NCBI GenBank assembly: GCA_007376385.1
Contig: VMGC01000005.1
Span: 32,001 to 96,000, forward strand
Origin: Parcubacteria group bacterium Gr01-1014_8
GTDB lineage: Bacteria; Patescibacteriota; Minisyncoccia; Phycocordibacterales; UBA2100
Direction: 5' to 3'
DNA: 64,000 nt
Shown here one piece after another: positions 8,722 through 16,982 of the stretch (the first letter of the stretch is position 1; each line of letters opens with the position of its first letter). Under the pieces are notes generated by a model, which was not told where the DNA came from, ran no database searches, and was given only the letters and a program-made list of their open reading frames with translations. The position numbers and the translations under genes were made by a program.

Positions 8722-9491
8722 TTGAGAAGGGTATCAATGAGCCCTTTGACGACATTGTACGGTTGCGCTCCTTCGACTGGCGTTTGTTCGCCGTCAGAGA
8801 TGAGGATCGAGTGAGGTGTACCTGCGCCGCCTGCCGCCGCTACTTCATCGTAATCTTTCTTAATGCGTGGGGCATTTTTTCCGCTGATAAGACAGTTTTC
8901 AAAGGCGGCCACATCGAGTCCGAGTCCTTTGGCTATATCGCTAAGTTGGCCCGCATCGGTGTTTGAGCGAGGCGGCTTTTGCGTATAGTACGGCTGTCCA
9001 TCCGGCCCGACAGGCGCGTCTTTTGGAGAGTTGTGGATGCCTATGTCCAGCGAGTTGTTGGAGGTCGTTGTTTCGTACACCTTGTCGGTGAATTTCCAGA
9101 ACATTTCATTTCCCCCCTGCTCCGCAGCGCATTCAAGCGCCTCCGCTTCCTTTTGAGCCTTAGGATGAAGCTGTTCTATAGGGAAGTGCCGATATACCCA
9201 CGCGACTTTGCCGCTTGAGCCGTATTCGGTCACGATTTGATGCATCGTTTCGTGGAATTGCTTGCAGAACGGGCATTCAGGGTCGGAAAATTCGACGATA
9301 ACTACTTCTGCATCCGGGTTCCCGAGAATATGGTCATCTGCTTGGACCTCTCGTATTTCAGTCAGAACTTGTCCCTGACCTTGCTGGGCTGGGCCTGCGG
9401 GCCGGCTATTAACAAAAAATAGTGCGCCTGCGATGAGGGCACCAGCGATGACAATTGATATCGGAATTGCTAATTTCTGAACTGTTTCCAT
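8718..9491 (-). CDS. Membrane-anchored DsbA-like thiol:disulfide oxidoreductase (thioredoxin fold, CPFC active site).
   Basis: N-terminal transmembrane helix, CPFC motif, DsbA-like length. Confidence 0.7.
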   Translation of the reverse strand: METVQKLAIPISIVIAGALIAGALFFVNSRPAGPAQQGQGQVLTEIREVQADDHILGNPDAEVVIVEFSDPECPFCKQFHETMHQIVTEYGSSGKVAWVYRHFPIEQLHPKAQKEAEALECAAEQGGNEMFWKFTDKVYETTTSNNSLDIGIHNSPKDAPVGPDGQPYYTQKPPRSNTDAGQLSDIAKGLGLDVAAFENCLISGKNAPRIKKDYDEVAAAGGAGTPHSILISDGEQTPVEGAQPYNVVKGLIDTLLN

Positions 9492-9553
9492 AGGAATGGT
9501 TATAAGAGTAACTGGAGGAGTATACCACGCACACCGGGGAGGAACTCAGCAAA

Positions 9554-10126
9554 CTAGAAACCGAGGGTCTGTGTCAAGGCCCTCCCTTCCCCTAGAAGCC
9601 ATTTTGTGGTGTCGAGCTTCACATCCTTGACCCTGCCCAGTTCTTTATATTTTAATGAGTTGTTTTTGAGGGCGTAATCGAAGATCTTCTTCGTTATTTC
9701 TACATCTTTCAGGCAGTATTCGCGAAGTTTCTTGATGTTGCCCTCGCGCCACCAGCGCATGGCATCGAGCCCGCTTCCGCTTTTTTTCGTGCCCAGCGTG
9801 CCCGCTGCGATAGAATCAAGCTTTACGCGTCGGCCAAGCGACGCCGAGACCTCGCTGAGGAGGTCAATCGAGCGCATCTTCGTAAGGTCGCCGGGGTAGT
9901 ATTTGTTCAAGACGGGAATATCGAAATGGTCTGAATTAAAGCCGACGAGGACATCGGTGCGCTCGAGAAGTTTCCAAAGGCGCGGCAGGTCATCCTTTAG
10001 GAATGAATCGTATTCATCGGTCGCAGAATCATGCGTGCAGCAGATCGTCATCTCAAGATCGCTTATGTTCCATACGCCGCGGGTGAATCCGCCGATGGTT
10101 TCGATATCGAATGTAACGATTCGCAT
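9554..10126 (-). CDS. DEDD-type 3'-5' exonuclease (DnaQ/RNase T-like).
   Basis: MRIVTFDIETIG... exo motif I, with later D and H motifs (FNSDHFD). Start taken at the internal Met. Confidence 0.6.
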   Translation of the reverse strand: MRIVTFDIETIGGFTRGVWNISDLEMTICCTHDSATDEYDSFLKDDLPRLWKLLERTDVLVGFNSDHFDIPVLNKYYPGDLTKMRSIDLLSEVSASLGRRVKLDSIAAGTLGTKKSGSGLDAMRWWREGNIKKLREYCLKDVEITKKIFDYALKNNSLKYKELGRVKDVKLDTTKWLLGEGRALTQTLGF

Positions 10127-10176
10127 CGGTAACGAGTATACCAAACGACAGCAGCTTCTCACTAACCTAGACTTGC

Positions 10177-11319
10177 TTAACTGCTCATTCCGCCTGCTAT
10201 TCCGTCTAGCTCTTTCTTGAGTGAGATAACGTTCGCTCTAATTTTTCTATATTCTCTCTCCGTGTTGTCGTCCCACGAGCTTTTTGTAGCGGCGTCTTGT
10301 AAATCTAGGAGCGCATTATCCTGCTGCACAATACGGTTTTCCAAATCATTAATTGCAGTCGGCGCTTCGCCTAGTTGCGCCCATTCGCGACTTCTTATTG
10401 TTGGAAAGCGCTCAAGCATCTCCTCGATATCGTCAGCGAGCGCTTTCATGAGGTCTTGAGGAGTTTTTTCCACTCTCCATTCTTTGGGTCTATCCGATTC
10501 AGCCGCTTCCGGTTCCGGTGCAGAAGCCGGTATCGCTATAACTGGTTTTTCGGCCGGCGGAGTTGGCACAATAACTTCGGGTTCGACTGCAGCCACAAAT
10601 TCCCTCGGTTCCTGATGCTCAACTACGGCTAGACCGTCCCAAGCAGGTTCTCCGGGAGTGTCTGCGTCTCCAGCGGCAGTGGGATATTTCAGGGGAGGTT
10701 CTGAATCCGGCTCGTCTGGCGGAGAGGGGGGATTCGGGACATCGGGAGGAGGAGCGGCTTTAAGCTTTGCGGCCTTCACCTCATCATATGCGGTATCGTA
10801 CGCATTTCGCTGACGAATTGTTTCCGGAAGTCGGGATGAAAATCGAAGACGCTGATAGAGTGAGTGGCCCAATTTCGCACCACCCTCTTGCTCATTACCG
10901 ATATGCTGGCAGACCGCACTCAATGTTGGTTCTATGTTATCACCCGCAAGTGCAAAAACTGCGGCGCGTATCGTTTTCTCCGTTACTGAATTAAGTCTCT
11001 CGGTGCCTTCCCTTTTTCGTCGAGAACCTTCCGTCATGGCCATAGCAGCAGATTGTTTTAAGCTTCTAGCTGGCGTATTGATGGCATTCGGGGCTACTTC
11101 CAGAAGAATTCTCATCTCATCAGCTGTCAGACCGTGTCTTGTTTTCAGATCATTCAAAAAAGATTGCTCCGTTTGCCTTTCAGGATTCTTAATAATTTGT
11201 ATTAACTGGCGAACTTCTGCGGGAGAAAGTCTCTGCTCGCCTAGAGCTTGAGAGATCTCCTGTTGCATTTGCTTTTGTTCTGATTGGGGGGCGCTGTCTT
11301 CGTTGCCGAAATCAGTCAT
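10177..11319 (-). CDS. Hypothetical protein with helical N- and C-terminal regions joined by a Pro/Glu-rich linker.
   Basis: 380 aa ORF, low-complexity PPPDVPNPPSPPDEPDSEPP linker, no recognisable family. Confidence 0.45.
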   Translation of the reverse strand: MTDFGNEDSAPQSEQKQMQQEISQALGEQRLSPAEVRQLIQIIKNPERQTEQSFLNDLKTRHGLTADEMRILLEVAPNAINTPARSLKQSAAMAMTEGSRRKREGTERLNSVTEKTIRAAVFALAGDNIEPTLSAVCQHIGNEQEGGAKLGHSLYQRLRFSSRLPETIRQRNAYDTAYDEVKAAKLKAAPPPDVPNPPSPPDEPDSEPPLKYPTAAGDADTPGEPAWDGLAVVEHQEPREFVAAVEPEVIVPTPPAEKPVIAIPASAPEPEAAESDRPKEWRVEKTPQDLMKALADDIEEMLERFPTIRSREWAQLGEAPTAINDLENRIVQQDNALLDLQDAATKSSWDDNTEREYRKIRANVISLKKELDGIAGGMSS

Positions 11320-11322
11320 AGG

Positions 11323-12585
11323 TTATCCCAATGAACTGAAGAGGTGTTCGGCAATTCTATCTGCTTGGAGCGTCATTTCGCTACCGTTTGCAAGGTTTTT
11401 AATCGTGTATTTACCGGAGTCGCGTTCTTTTTCGCCAACTGCGATAACGAATGGAACTTTCATTTTATCCGCCTGCCTCACTTGGTCGCCGATACGTTTG
11501 CCTGAGAAATTCACTGCGACCGTGACATCTTCTCGCCTGAGATCCTGAGCGAGTTTGTTGGCGTGTACCAATGCAGATGGTTCGACGACGCAGAGCATGA
11601 GCTCTGTAGCCGGAGCATATTTTGGGAGAAGATTGTGCGTTTCAAGAAAGTCGCGTGCGGTTACGTCTCCCATGGCAAAGCCAACTGCAGGAACCGATTC
11701 GCCTCCAAAAAGCGAAAGCAGATCGTCGTAGCGGCCGCCTCCGAACATGGAGCGTTTGTTCTCGCCTGATGTATCAAAGACCTCGAAAACCATGCCCGTG
11801 TAATAGTCGAATCCGCGGGTTACTGAGGTATCAACGACAGCATTGTTCACGCCGAGAGATTTGAGGGAAGCCATCAATTGCTCTAAATATGCCGTAGACG
11901 TCGTGCGAGCCAAGTGGTCTATCAGCTTCCCGCTGCGCTCTTTGCCCACTAGTTTTTGCAGCAGTTCTTTGAAATCGTCAATTTTGTCGCGGCGATCCAA
12001 GAGGCGGGTAGCCGCAGGACGGAGGTCTTTCTCGATACCGCACTCATTGAACGCGGCGTCGAGGAATCGCCGGTCTGATACGCGTATCTCAAAGTTGCGT
12101 TCGTCCGTTCCGAATGAGCGCATGATGGCATGCGCAAGGGCAATGACCTCCGCATCGGCTTCAATTCCCGCAGCTCCTACGATGTCTGCGTTGAGCTGCC
12201 AGTGTTCTCGGAGGCGTCCTTTTTGCGGACGTTCATATCGAAAGACGTTGGGGACCGAATACCACCTTGCGGGGAGGGAAAGCTCGCGCTTTTTTGCTGC
12301 AACCATGCGTGCGAACGTGGGAGTCATTTCGGGCCGCAAGGTAACTTCTCTATCGCCTCGGTCGGTGAATGTGTATGTCTGCTCATTCACAATTTCTTCC
12401 GATGTTTTGTTCCGGTAGAGCTCCGCCGGCTCTAGAACGGAGGCGTTGTACTCTTCATAGCCGAAAAGTTCGCACATGCGCTCCCAATGCTCAAAAATGT
12501 AGCGCTGGATGAACATGTCCTCGGGGTAGAAATCCCTGACCCCCTTATATGATTCCGTTGAAAGTTTCTTTTTGTCGTCGGCCAT
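11323..12585 (-). CDS. hisS: Histidine--tRNA ligase.
   Basis: Class II aaRS motifs and HisRS-specific N-terminus (GVRDFYPED...). Confidence 0.9.
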   Translation of the reverse strand: MADDKKKLSTESYKGVRDFYPEDMFIQRYIFEHWERMCELFGYEEYNASVLEPAELYRNKTSEEIVNEQTYTFTDRGDREVTLRPEMTPTFARMVAAKKRELSLPARWYSVPNVFRYERPQKGRLREHWQLNADIVGAAGIEADAEVIALAHAIMRSFGTDERNFEIRVSDRRFLDAAFNECGIEKDLRPAATRLLDRRDKIDDFKELLQKLVGKERSGKLIDHLARTTSTAYLEQLMASLKSLGVNNAVVDTSVTRGFDYYTGMVFEVFDTSGENKRSMFGGGRYDDLLSLFGGESVPAVGFAMGDVTARDFLETHNLLPKYAPATELMLCVVEPSALVHANKLAQDLRREDVTVAVNFSGKRIGDQVRQADKMKVPFVIAVGEKERDSGKYTIKNLANGSEMTLQADRIAEHLFSSLG

Positions 12586-12600
12586 ACGGGCTACTCTATC

Positions 12601-13824
12601 CTATGCAGCAGGAAGTTCAACGAAGAATTGGGCCCCCTTTCCATACCCTTCCGACGTAGCGCCAATCTTTCCGTCGTGGGCTTCAACTATCGATTTTGCC
12701 ACATAAAGACCATAACCCGTACTTTCAGGGTTCACTGATGATGAGTTTTTGCCTTTGCCGCCCTCGGTGAAAAGGATTTTCATGTCTTCTGGCGTGATAC
12801 CGACTCCCGTGTCTCTGACGGAAAAAACGATATTCGAACTGGTGTGAGTCAATAGGACGCGAATTGTGCCGCGTGCTGTGTAGTGGATCGCGTTATCGAT
12901 GAGATTGCGAAATACATGCCGGCGCAGTTTTGCCTCGTCGCCACTGCATGCGTACGAACCGCCCGCGATATCAACTTCGAATTTCAAACCTTTTTTTTCT
13001 GCAGAAGGGCGGATCTCGCTCGCTATCTCCTCGACTGACTTTCGCACGTCGAACGATTTTTTTTCAAGCTGCATCGTTCCTGTTTTGAAATTCGATGCAT
13101 CAAGAATGTCAGTGACCGTATCAACTCCCCTGCGGGTTTCCGATAGGGCAGAGTCTGCCATATTCTTGACTTTTGCCGGTACGGCGCCCAGGTCTCCTTC
13201 TGAAATAGTAGCGAGCGCTGCTTCGTTTTTCGTGAGATAGCTTTTTACCTCGTGCGTGATGACATGCAAGAGACTTTCTTGTTTCTTGTTTGTTATCTCG
13301 AGTTCTTCGGTGCGGCCGAGCTGTCTCAATATCGCATTTCGCGCTTTCTCAGGATTCGGAATTCCCTCGGCTTTTGCGTATTCGTCGGTGGGGCCCGCTG
13401 TCTGTATTTCGATGGAGCCGTAGCCGAAGAAGTGTTGGACAATGTTCTCGGTTTTTACCGTTATCTCTTGCACCTTGTCCAACCCCCACGTCGCTATCTG
13501 CCGATTGAAGAGCCCGACTTGGTCGATGTTCACGATGCGCTTATTCGTTACTATCCAAAGGTCGAGGTAGTAATCCGTCCATAAGACGAACAGAGCCATC
13601 CACACGATGAGAAACCACAACGCGCTCCCAAAACTTGCTATCGAGCCGTATCCGATGGTATCCAGATACATCGAAGGAATGGTGGCGAGGATAAGCGGGA
13701 CAACAATGACCGGGAGAAGCCCGAGGACGAGGGTGCCGGCAGTATCTCGAAGCAGGATCATCCAGTGCTTGCGAAGTTTAATGACGATGTTCTCTCCGGG
13801 CTCTATTTTGATGTTCGGGATCAT
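12601..13824 (-). CDS. Sensor histidine kinase with an N-terminal membrane-embedded bPH (YdbS/YdbT-like) domain.
   Basis: HisKA H-box (HEVKSYLT) and HATPase_c (DTGVGI, GYGLYVAKS). The N-terminus has two transmembrane helices followed by a PH-like segment (WIVTNKRIVNIDQ). Confidence 0.75.
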   Translation of the reverse strand: MIPNIKIEPGENIVIKLRKHWMILLRDTAGTLVLGLLPVIVVPLILATIPSMYLDTIGYGSIASFGSALWFLIVWMALFVLWTDYYLDLWIVTNKRIVNIDQVGLFNRQIATWGLDKVQEITVKTENIVQHFFGYGSIEIQTAGPTDEYAKAEGIPNPEKARNAILRQLGRTEELEITNKKQESLLHVITHEVKSYLTKNEAALATISEGDLGAVPAKVKNMADSALSETRRGVDTVTDILDASNFKTGTMQLEKKSFDVRKSVEEIASEIRPSAEKKGLKFEVDIAGGSYACSGDEAKLRRHVFRNLIDNAIHYTARGTIRVLLTHTSSNIVFSVRDTGVGITPEDMKILFTEGGKGKNSSSVNPESTGYGLYVAKSIVEAHDGKIGATSEGYGKGAQFFVELPAA

Positions 13825-13827
13825 GAA

Positions 13828-14050
13828 CTAGGAGAGGGCGATTATCGCGGCGAACATGGTCGAAAGAAAAAGAAAACAGCCTCCTGCGTATATCACCACA
13901 GCAAAGGTCGCTACGAAGGCATTCATCGAAAAGCGCACCCAGTGGTAGGAAAGGATGATGCCTAAGATGATTGAGAGCGCTGCGGTTGCAACAAACATGA
14001 CCCACATCAGCGTTGTGACGAACTGGCCGGAGAGTACTCCTTCAGGCATG
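13828..14050 (-). CDS. Small hydrophobic membrane protein (about 74 aa); start assumed at the internal ATG.
   Basis: Two predicted transmembrane helices. The track ORF extends upstream across the promoter-like motif, so it is trimmed to the ATG at 14050. Confidence 0.35.
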
Positions 14051-14112
14051 CCGGTATTATGCCATTTTGGAGGACTGTGCGGACCTCCTCGACGTGAATA
14101 GCGAGGGGGTGG

Positions 14113-14130
14113 TATACCCCGTGAGATAAC
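14113..14130 (-). promoter_or_regulatory. Conserved motif, copy 2 (minus orientation); divergent partner of copy 3.
   Basis: TATACCCCGTGAGATAAC on the plus strand, upstream of the minus-strand small membrane-protein gene. Confidence 0.5.
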
Positions 14131-14198
14131 TGTTTTCGAGCTACACAAGATGTTAGGACACAGTAAAATATTTAATTCGTCAACAAGCTATACACGTC

Positions 14199-14216
14199 TT
14201 ATCTCATGGGGTATAG
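14199..14216 (+). promoter_or_regulatory. Conserved motif, copy 3 (plus orientation); its TATAGT ends 11 nt before the ATG of the SET-domain gene.
   Basis: TTATCTCATGGGGTATAG. Confidence 0.5.
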
Positions 14217-14227
14217 TCTCTCCCTCT

Positions 14228-14656
14228 ATGCGTGCGCAAATACTGCAGACGCGGTTTGCTATTCGACGCTCCAAGCCGGGCCTGGGCTATGGGTTATTTG
14301 CCACGAACGCGATACCTGCAGGAGAGTTCGTGCTCGAATACAAAGGGCGTCACGTACCGACGGAAACGGCGGACAAGCTCAAAACTAAGTACCTTTTTGA
14401 GATAGACAGCTCATGGACCATCGACGGTTCAACAAGGGCGAATACTGCGCGATACGTGAATCACTCCTGCGCCCCGAATTGCGAGGCAGACGTACGAGAT
14501 GGGAAAGTGCTTATTTTTGCCAACCGGGAGATCGAGGCGGGGGAGGAGCTGACAATCGATTACGGAGAAGAATATTTCAAAGAGTTCATTGAGCCGCACG
14601 GCTGCAAGTGCGACCGCTGCAAGCACCCTCGGCTCGCATTCTGGCGCCGCTCGTGA
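14228..14656 (+). CDS. SET-domain protein (lysine methyltransferase fold) with a post-SET Cys cluster.
   Basis: GLGYGLFA, NHSCxPNC, ELTIDYG and C-terminal CKCDRC motifs. Confidence 0.7.
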   Translation: MRAQILQTRFAIRRSKPGLGYGLFATNAIPAGEFVLEYKGRHVPTETADKLKTKYLFEIDSSWTIDGSTRANTARYVNHSCAPNCEADVRDGKVLIFANREIEAGEELTIDYGEEYFKEFIEPHGCKCDRCKHPRLAFWRRS

Positions 14657-14669
14657 TAGGATTTTTGCC

Positions 14670-15044
14670 ATGAATAAAACAACAATGTTCTGGGCTATCG
14701 TTGTGCTGCTCATCATCGGCGGTCTCGGCGCATCGTGGTATATGAAAACCCTGCCGGGCCAGTACGACGCGCTCGCACAGTGTTTAAAGGACAAGGGCGC
14801 TCTTTTTTACGGCGCGTTCTGGTGCCCTCACTGCCAAGAACAAAAAAAGATGTTCGGCAATTCTGCTAAGCTTTTGCCGTACGTCGAGTGTTCGCTCGCT
14901 GACCAAAAAACACAAACTCCTATCTGTATTGAGAAAGAGATAAAGTCATATCCGACCTGGATATTTGCCGATGGAAGCAAATTGACCGGCGAACAGCAGC
15001 CGAAAGTATTGGCGGAGAAGACCGGTTGTTCAATGCCGGAATAA
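14670..15044 (+). CDS. Membrane-anchored thioredoxin-like protein (WCPHC), probable partner of the downstream DsbB-like oxidase.
   Basis: N-terminal transmembrane helix then FWCPHCQEQ. Confidence 0.7.
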   Translation: MNKTTMFWAIVVLLIIGGLGASWYMKTLPGQYDALAQCLKDKGALFYGAFWCPHCQEQKKMFGNSAKLLPYVECSLADQKTQTPICIEKEIKSYPTWIFADGSKLTGEQQPKVLAEKTGCSMPE

Positions 15045-15045
15045 C

Positions 15046-15582
15046 ATGTCGGTGGGAGATCTTAATTCACTTCTCGCCCTTGGCACGCTCGCCATTCAGA
15101 TAGCCAGTGCGGTTTTGTTGGCGGTGTATTTTTTACCGAATCTTATTCCCGGTGCGTATGAAATACGTGCGTATGTGGGAAAGTGGGGAATTGCATTGGG
15201 ACTCGTTCTCATTCTGACAACAGCAGCGGCGAATCTTTACTACGAATCGTTTGGATTTGAGCCATGCTATTGGTGTTATTGGCAGAGGATTTTTCTGTAC
15301 CCGCAAGCTGTTTTGTTCGGAGTTGCTCTTTGGAAACGTGACATGCAAATTGCCGATCATTCTATTGCGTTATCGATTTTTGGAGCGGGCGTTGCTCTCT
15401 ATCACCACGCACTTCAAATGCTTCCCGGTAGCGGTCTTCCATGCCCGTCTGTAGGTGTCTCCTGCGCCACGCGCATCCTGTTCGAATTCGGCTACATTAC
15501 GTACCCTCTGATGGCGTTTTCGCTGTTTGCGTTTCTTATCGTGTTGATGTTGTTCGTGCGGTCTTCCTATCAGGCAAAATAA
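15046..15582 (+). CDS. DsbB/BdbC-family disulfide bond formation protein.
   Basis: Four-transmembrane-helix protein with PCYWCYWQRI (compare BdbC PCVLCWYQRI) and a second Cys pair in the later periplasmic loop (CPSVGVSC). Confidence 0.65.
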   Translation: MSVGDLNSLLALGTLAIQIASAVLLAVYFLPNLIPGAYEIRAYVGKWGIALGLVLILTTAAANLYYESFGFEPCYWCYWQRIFLYPQAVLFGVALWKRDMQIADHSIALSIFGAGVALYHHALQMLPGSGLPCPSVGVSCATRILFEFGYITYPLMAFSLFAFLIVLMLFVRSSYQAK

Positions 15583-15592
15583 TCTCTGCGAA

Positions 15593-15759
15593 ATTATTGG
15601 CGAGCGTTGCGAGTGAAATGAACGTGTACTCATGTTCATTTCCGAGCCGAGGAGCCAAAATACGGTTAATACCGCGCAGCAAGCTGCGCACGTGTGCGAG
15701 CGAAGCGAGCTCATCAGCAGGTCCAGGGCTTTGCCCTGGGGTTTAATACCGTTTATTTT
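15593..15759 (+). ncRNA. Candidate small structured RNA, repeat copy 2 (diverged, with an extra 3' hairpin and U-tract).
   Basis: Same architecture as 417-524. Stem 1 ATGAACGTG/CATGTTCAT (one G-U pair) and stem 2 GCGCAG/CTGCGC with the conserved CAAG loop. Ends with CCAGGGCTTTGCCCTGG plus TTTATTTT. Confidence 0.4.
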
Positions 15760-16241
15760 CAGCAACCGATCATGAGGCTGCCTCCCGTTTGAATGCGTAT
15801 CATGCCGGGATCTTGTCGTATTGGGGGGCCGGCCTCCAGATACGCACACACTTTCCAGTTGTGGCTTGTTGCGGGGTATACGTTGCCCGTTTCTGTGAAT
15901 ACTGTGTATTCGCACGGGGCAGATGACGATGAAGTGCAGATTGCCGTCGGTCTCGTGGGGTCTTTGTATGCGCTAAGGTCGGGTCCGCTTCCAGCACATG
16001 TATAGGCTGCGTCGCCGGCCGCTGTGCAGCCTGTGAACACTATTGGGCGGCTGTTATCTTCTCTGAGAGCTACGGCATTCGCTATCTGGCGAAGGTCCTG
16101 GATCCGGCGTGAATCGCGACTCTTGATGCGAGCAGAACTCAATGCGACAAACGCGATAGATGCGAGGATCGCAATGATACTCACAACGACAAGAAGTTCG
16201 ATGAGACTGAAGCCGGATTCTTTGGGAGAAGTTCCTCTCAT
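15759..16241 (-). CDS. Type IV pilin / pseudopilin (prepilin N-terminal methylation domain).
   Basis: MRGTSPKESGFSLIELLVVVSIIAILASIA prepilin leader and cleavage motif. Confidence 0.8.
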   Translation of the reverse strand: MRGTSPKESGFSLIELLVVVSIIAILASIAFVALSSARIKSRDSRRIQDLRQIANAVALREDNSRPIVFTGCTAAGDAAYTCAGSGPDLSAYKDPTRPTAICTSSSSAPCEYTVFTETGNVYPATSHNWKVCAYLEAGPPIRQDPGMIRIQTGGSLMIGC

Positions 16242-16300
16242 GATGCATTGAGTACGATTATTGTAGCCTTGTTTAGGTTCGGTACGGCCTGTTTTGTGGA

Positions 16301-16855
16301 CTAGTGCGATTGGTTTTGCGATGCGAATTCCATGAACGTTGCCAGGAATTTCTTCAGCGACGCGATTGTTCTCTCGTCTGTAAGTTCCAAGTTCTCATCG
16401 AATTTCTCCTTTGCTGCCCCAAGATAGAATTCCGGCTGGCCCATGACCTTTGCGTCGAAATAGCCAAGGACGCGGCGTACATCGTATTGCGCAAACGATG
16501 CTCCACGAGGACCAGAGGAAGCACCGAGTATGCCGACGGGTTTTTTATCCCACGACAGCGGGTCGCTCTCCGGCCTCGAACTCCAGTCGAGGAAGTTTTT
16601 TATAGGGCCCGATGGTGTGCGATTAAATTCTGGTACGGCAAGCAAAACTCCATCTGCGGCCTTTATTTTTTCACGAAGCTCAGCAGCCAAAACAGGGAAA
16701 TTCGAGGCTTCAAGGTCTTGATCAAAGACAGGGAGTCCATCAATAGAAACAATTTCAATGTTCACGCCTTCGGGAGCGAGTTTTTTTGCTGCTCGTAGAA
16801 GTGCCGAGTTGTACGAGGCTTTTCGAAGACTGCCGGAAAATGCGACGATGTTCAT
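16301..16855 (-). CDS. NADPH-dependent FMN reductase (flavodoxin-like fold).
   Basis: MNIVAFSGSLRKASYNSALLRAA... typical of the NAD(P)H-dependent FMN reductase family. Confidence 0.75.
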   Translation of the reverse strand: MNIVAFSGSLRKASYNSALLRAAKKLAPEGVNIEIVSIDGLPVFDQDLEASNFPVLAAELREKIKAADGVLLAVPEFNRTPSGPIKNFLDWSSRPESDPLSWDKKPVGILGASSGPRGASFAQYDVRRVLGYFDAKVMGQPEFYLGAAKEKFDENLELTDERTIASLKKFLATFMEFASQNQSH

Positions 16856-16982
16856 ACTAGTGGGAGTATACACGTATCGTGGGCAGTCTGCTCAATGTTC
16901 CTGAAATATGAACATACCATCTTGTAGCCGGTCGGCACCATTAAGGTATGCTGAGTCTTTCGAAAAGTCGTGATACGAAAGG

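Noticed and set aside
14113-14216. Motif pairs as terminal inverted repeats of a MITE.
   Set aside because: The 68-72 bp between paired copies is completely different at all five loci. The motifs are positioned relative to start codons, and there are no target-site duplications. This fits regulatory elements better than a mobile element.
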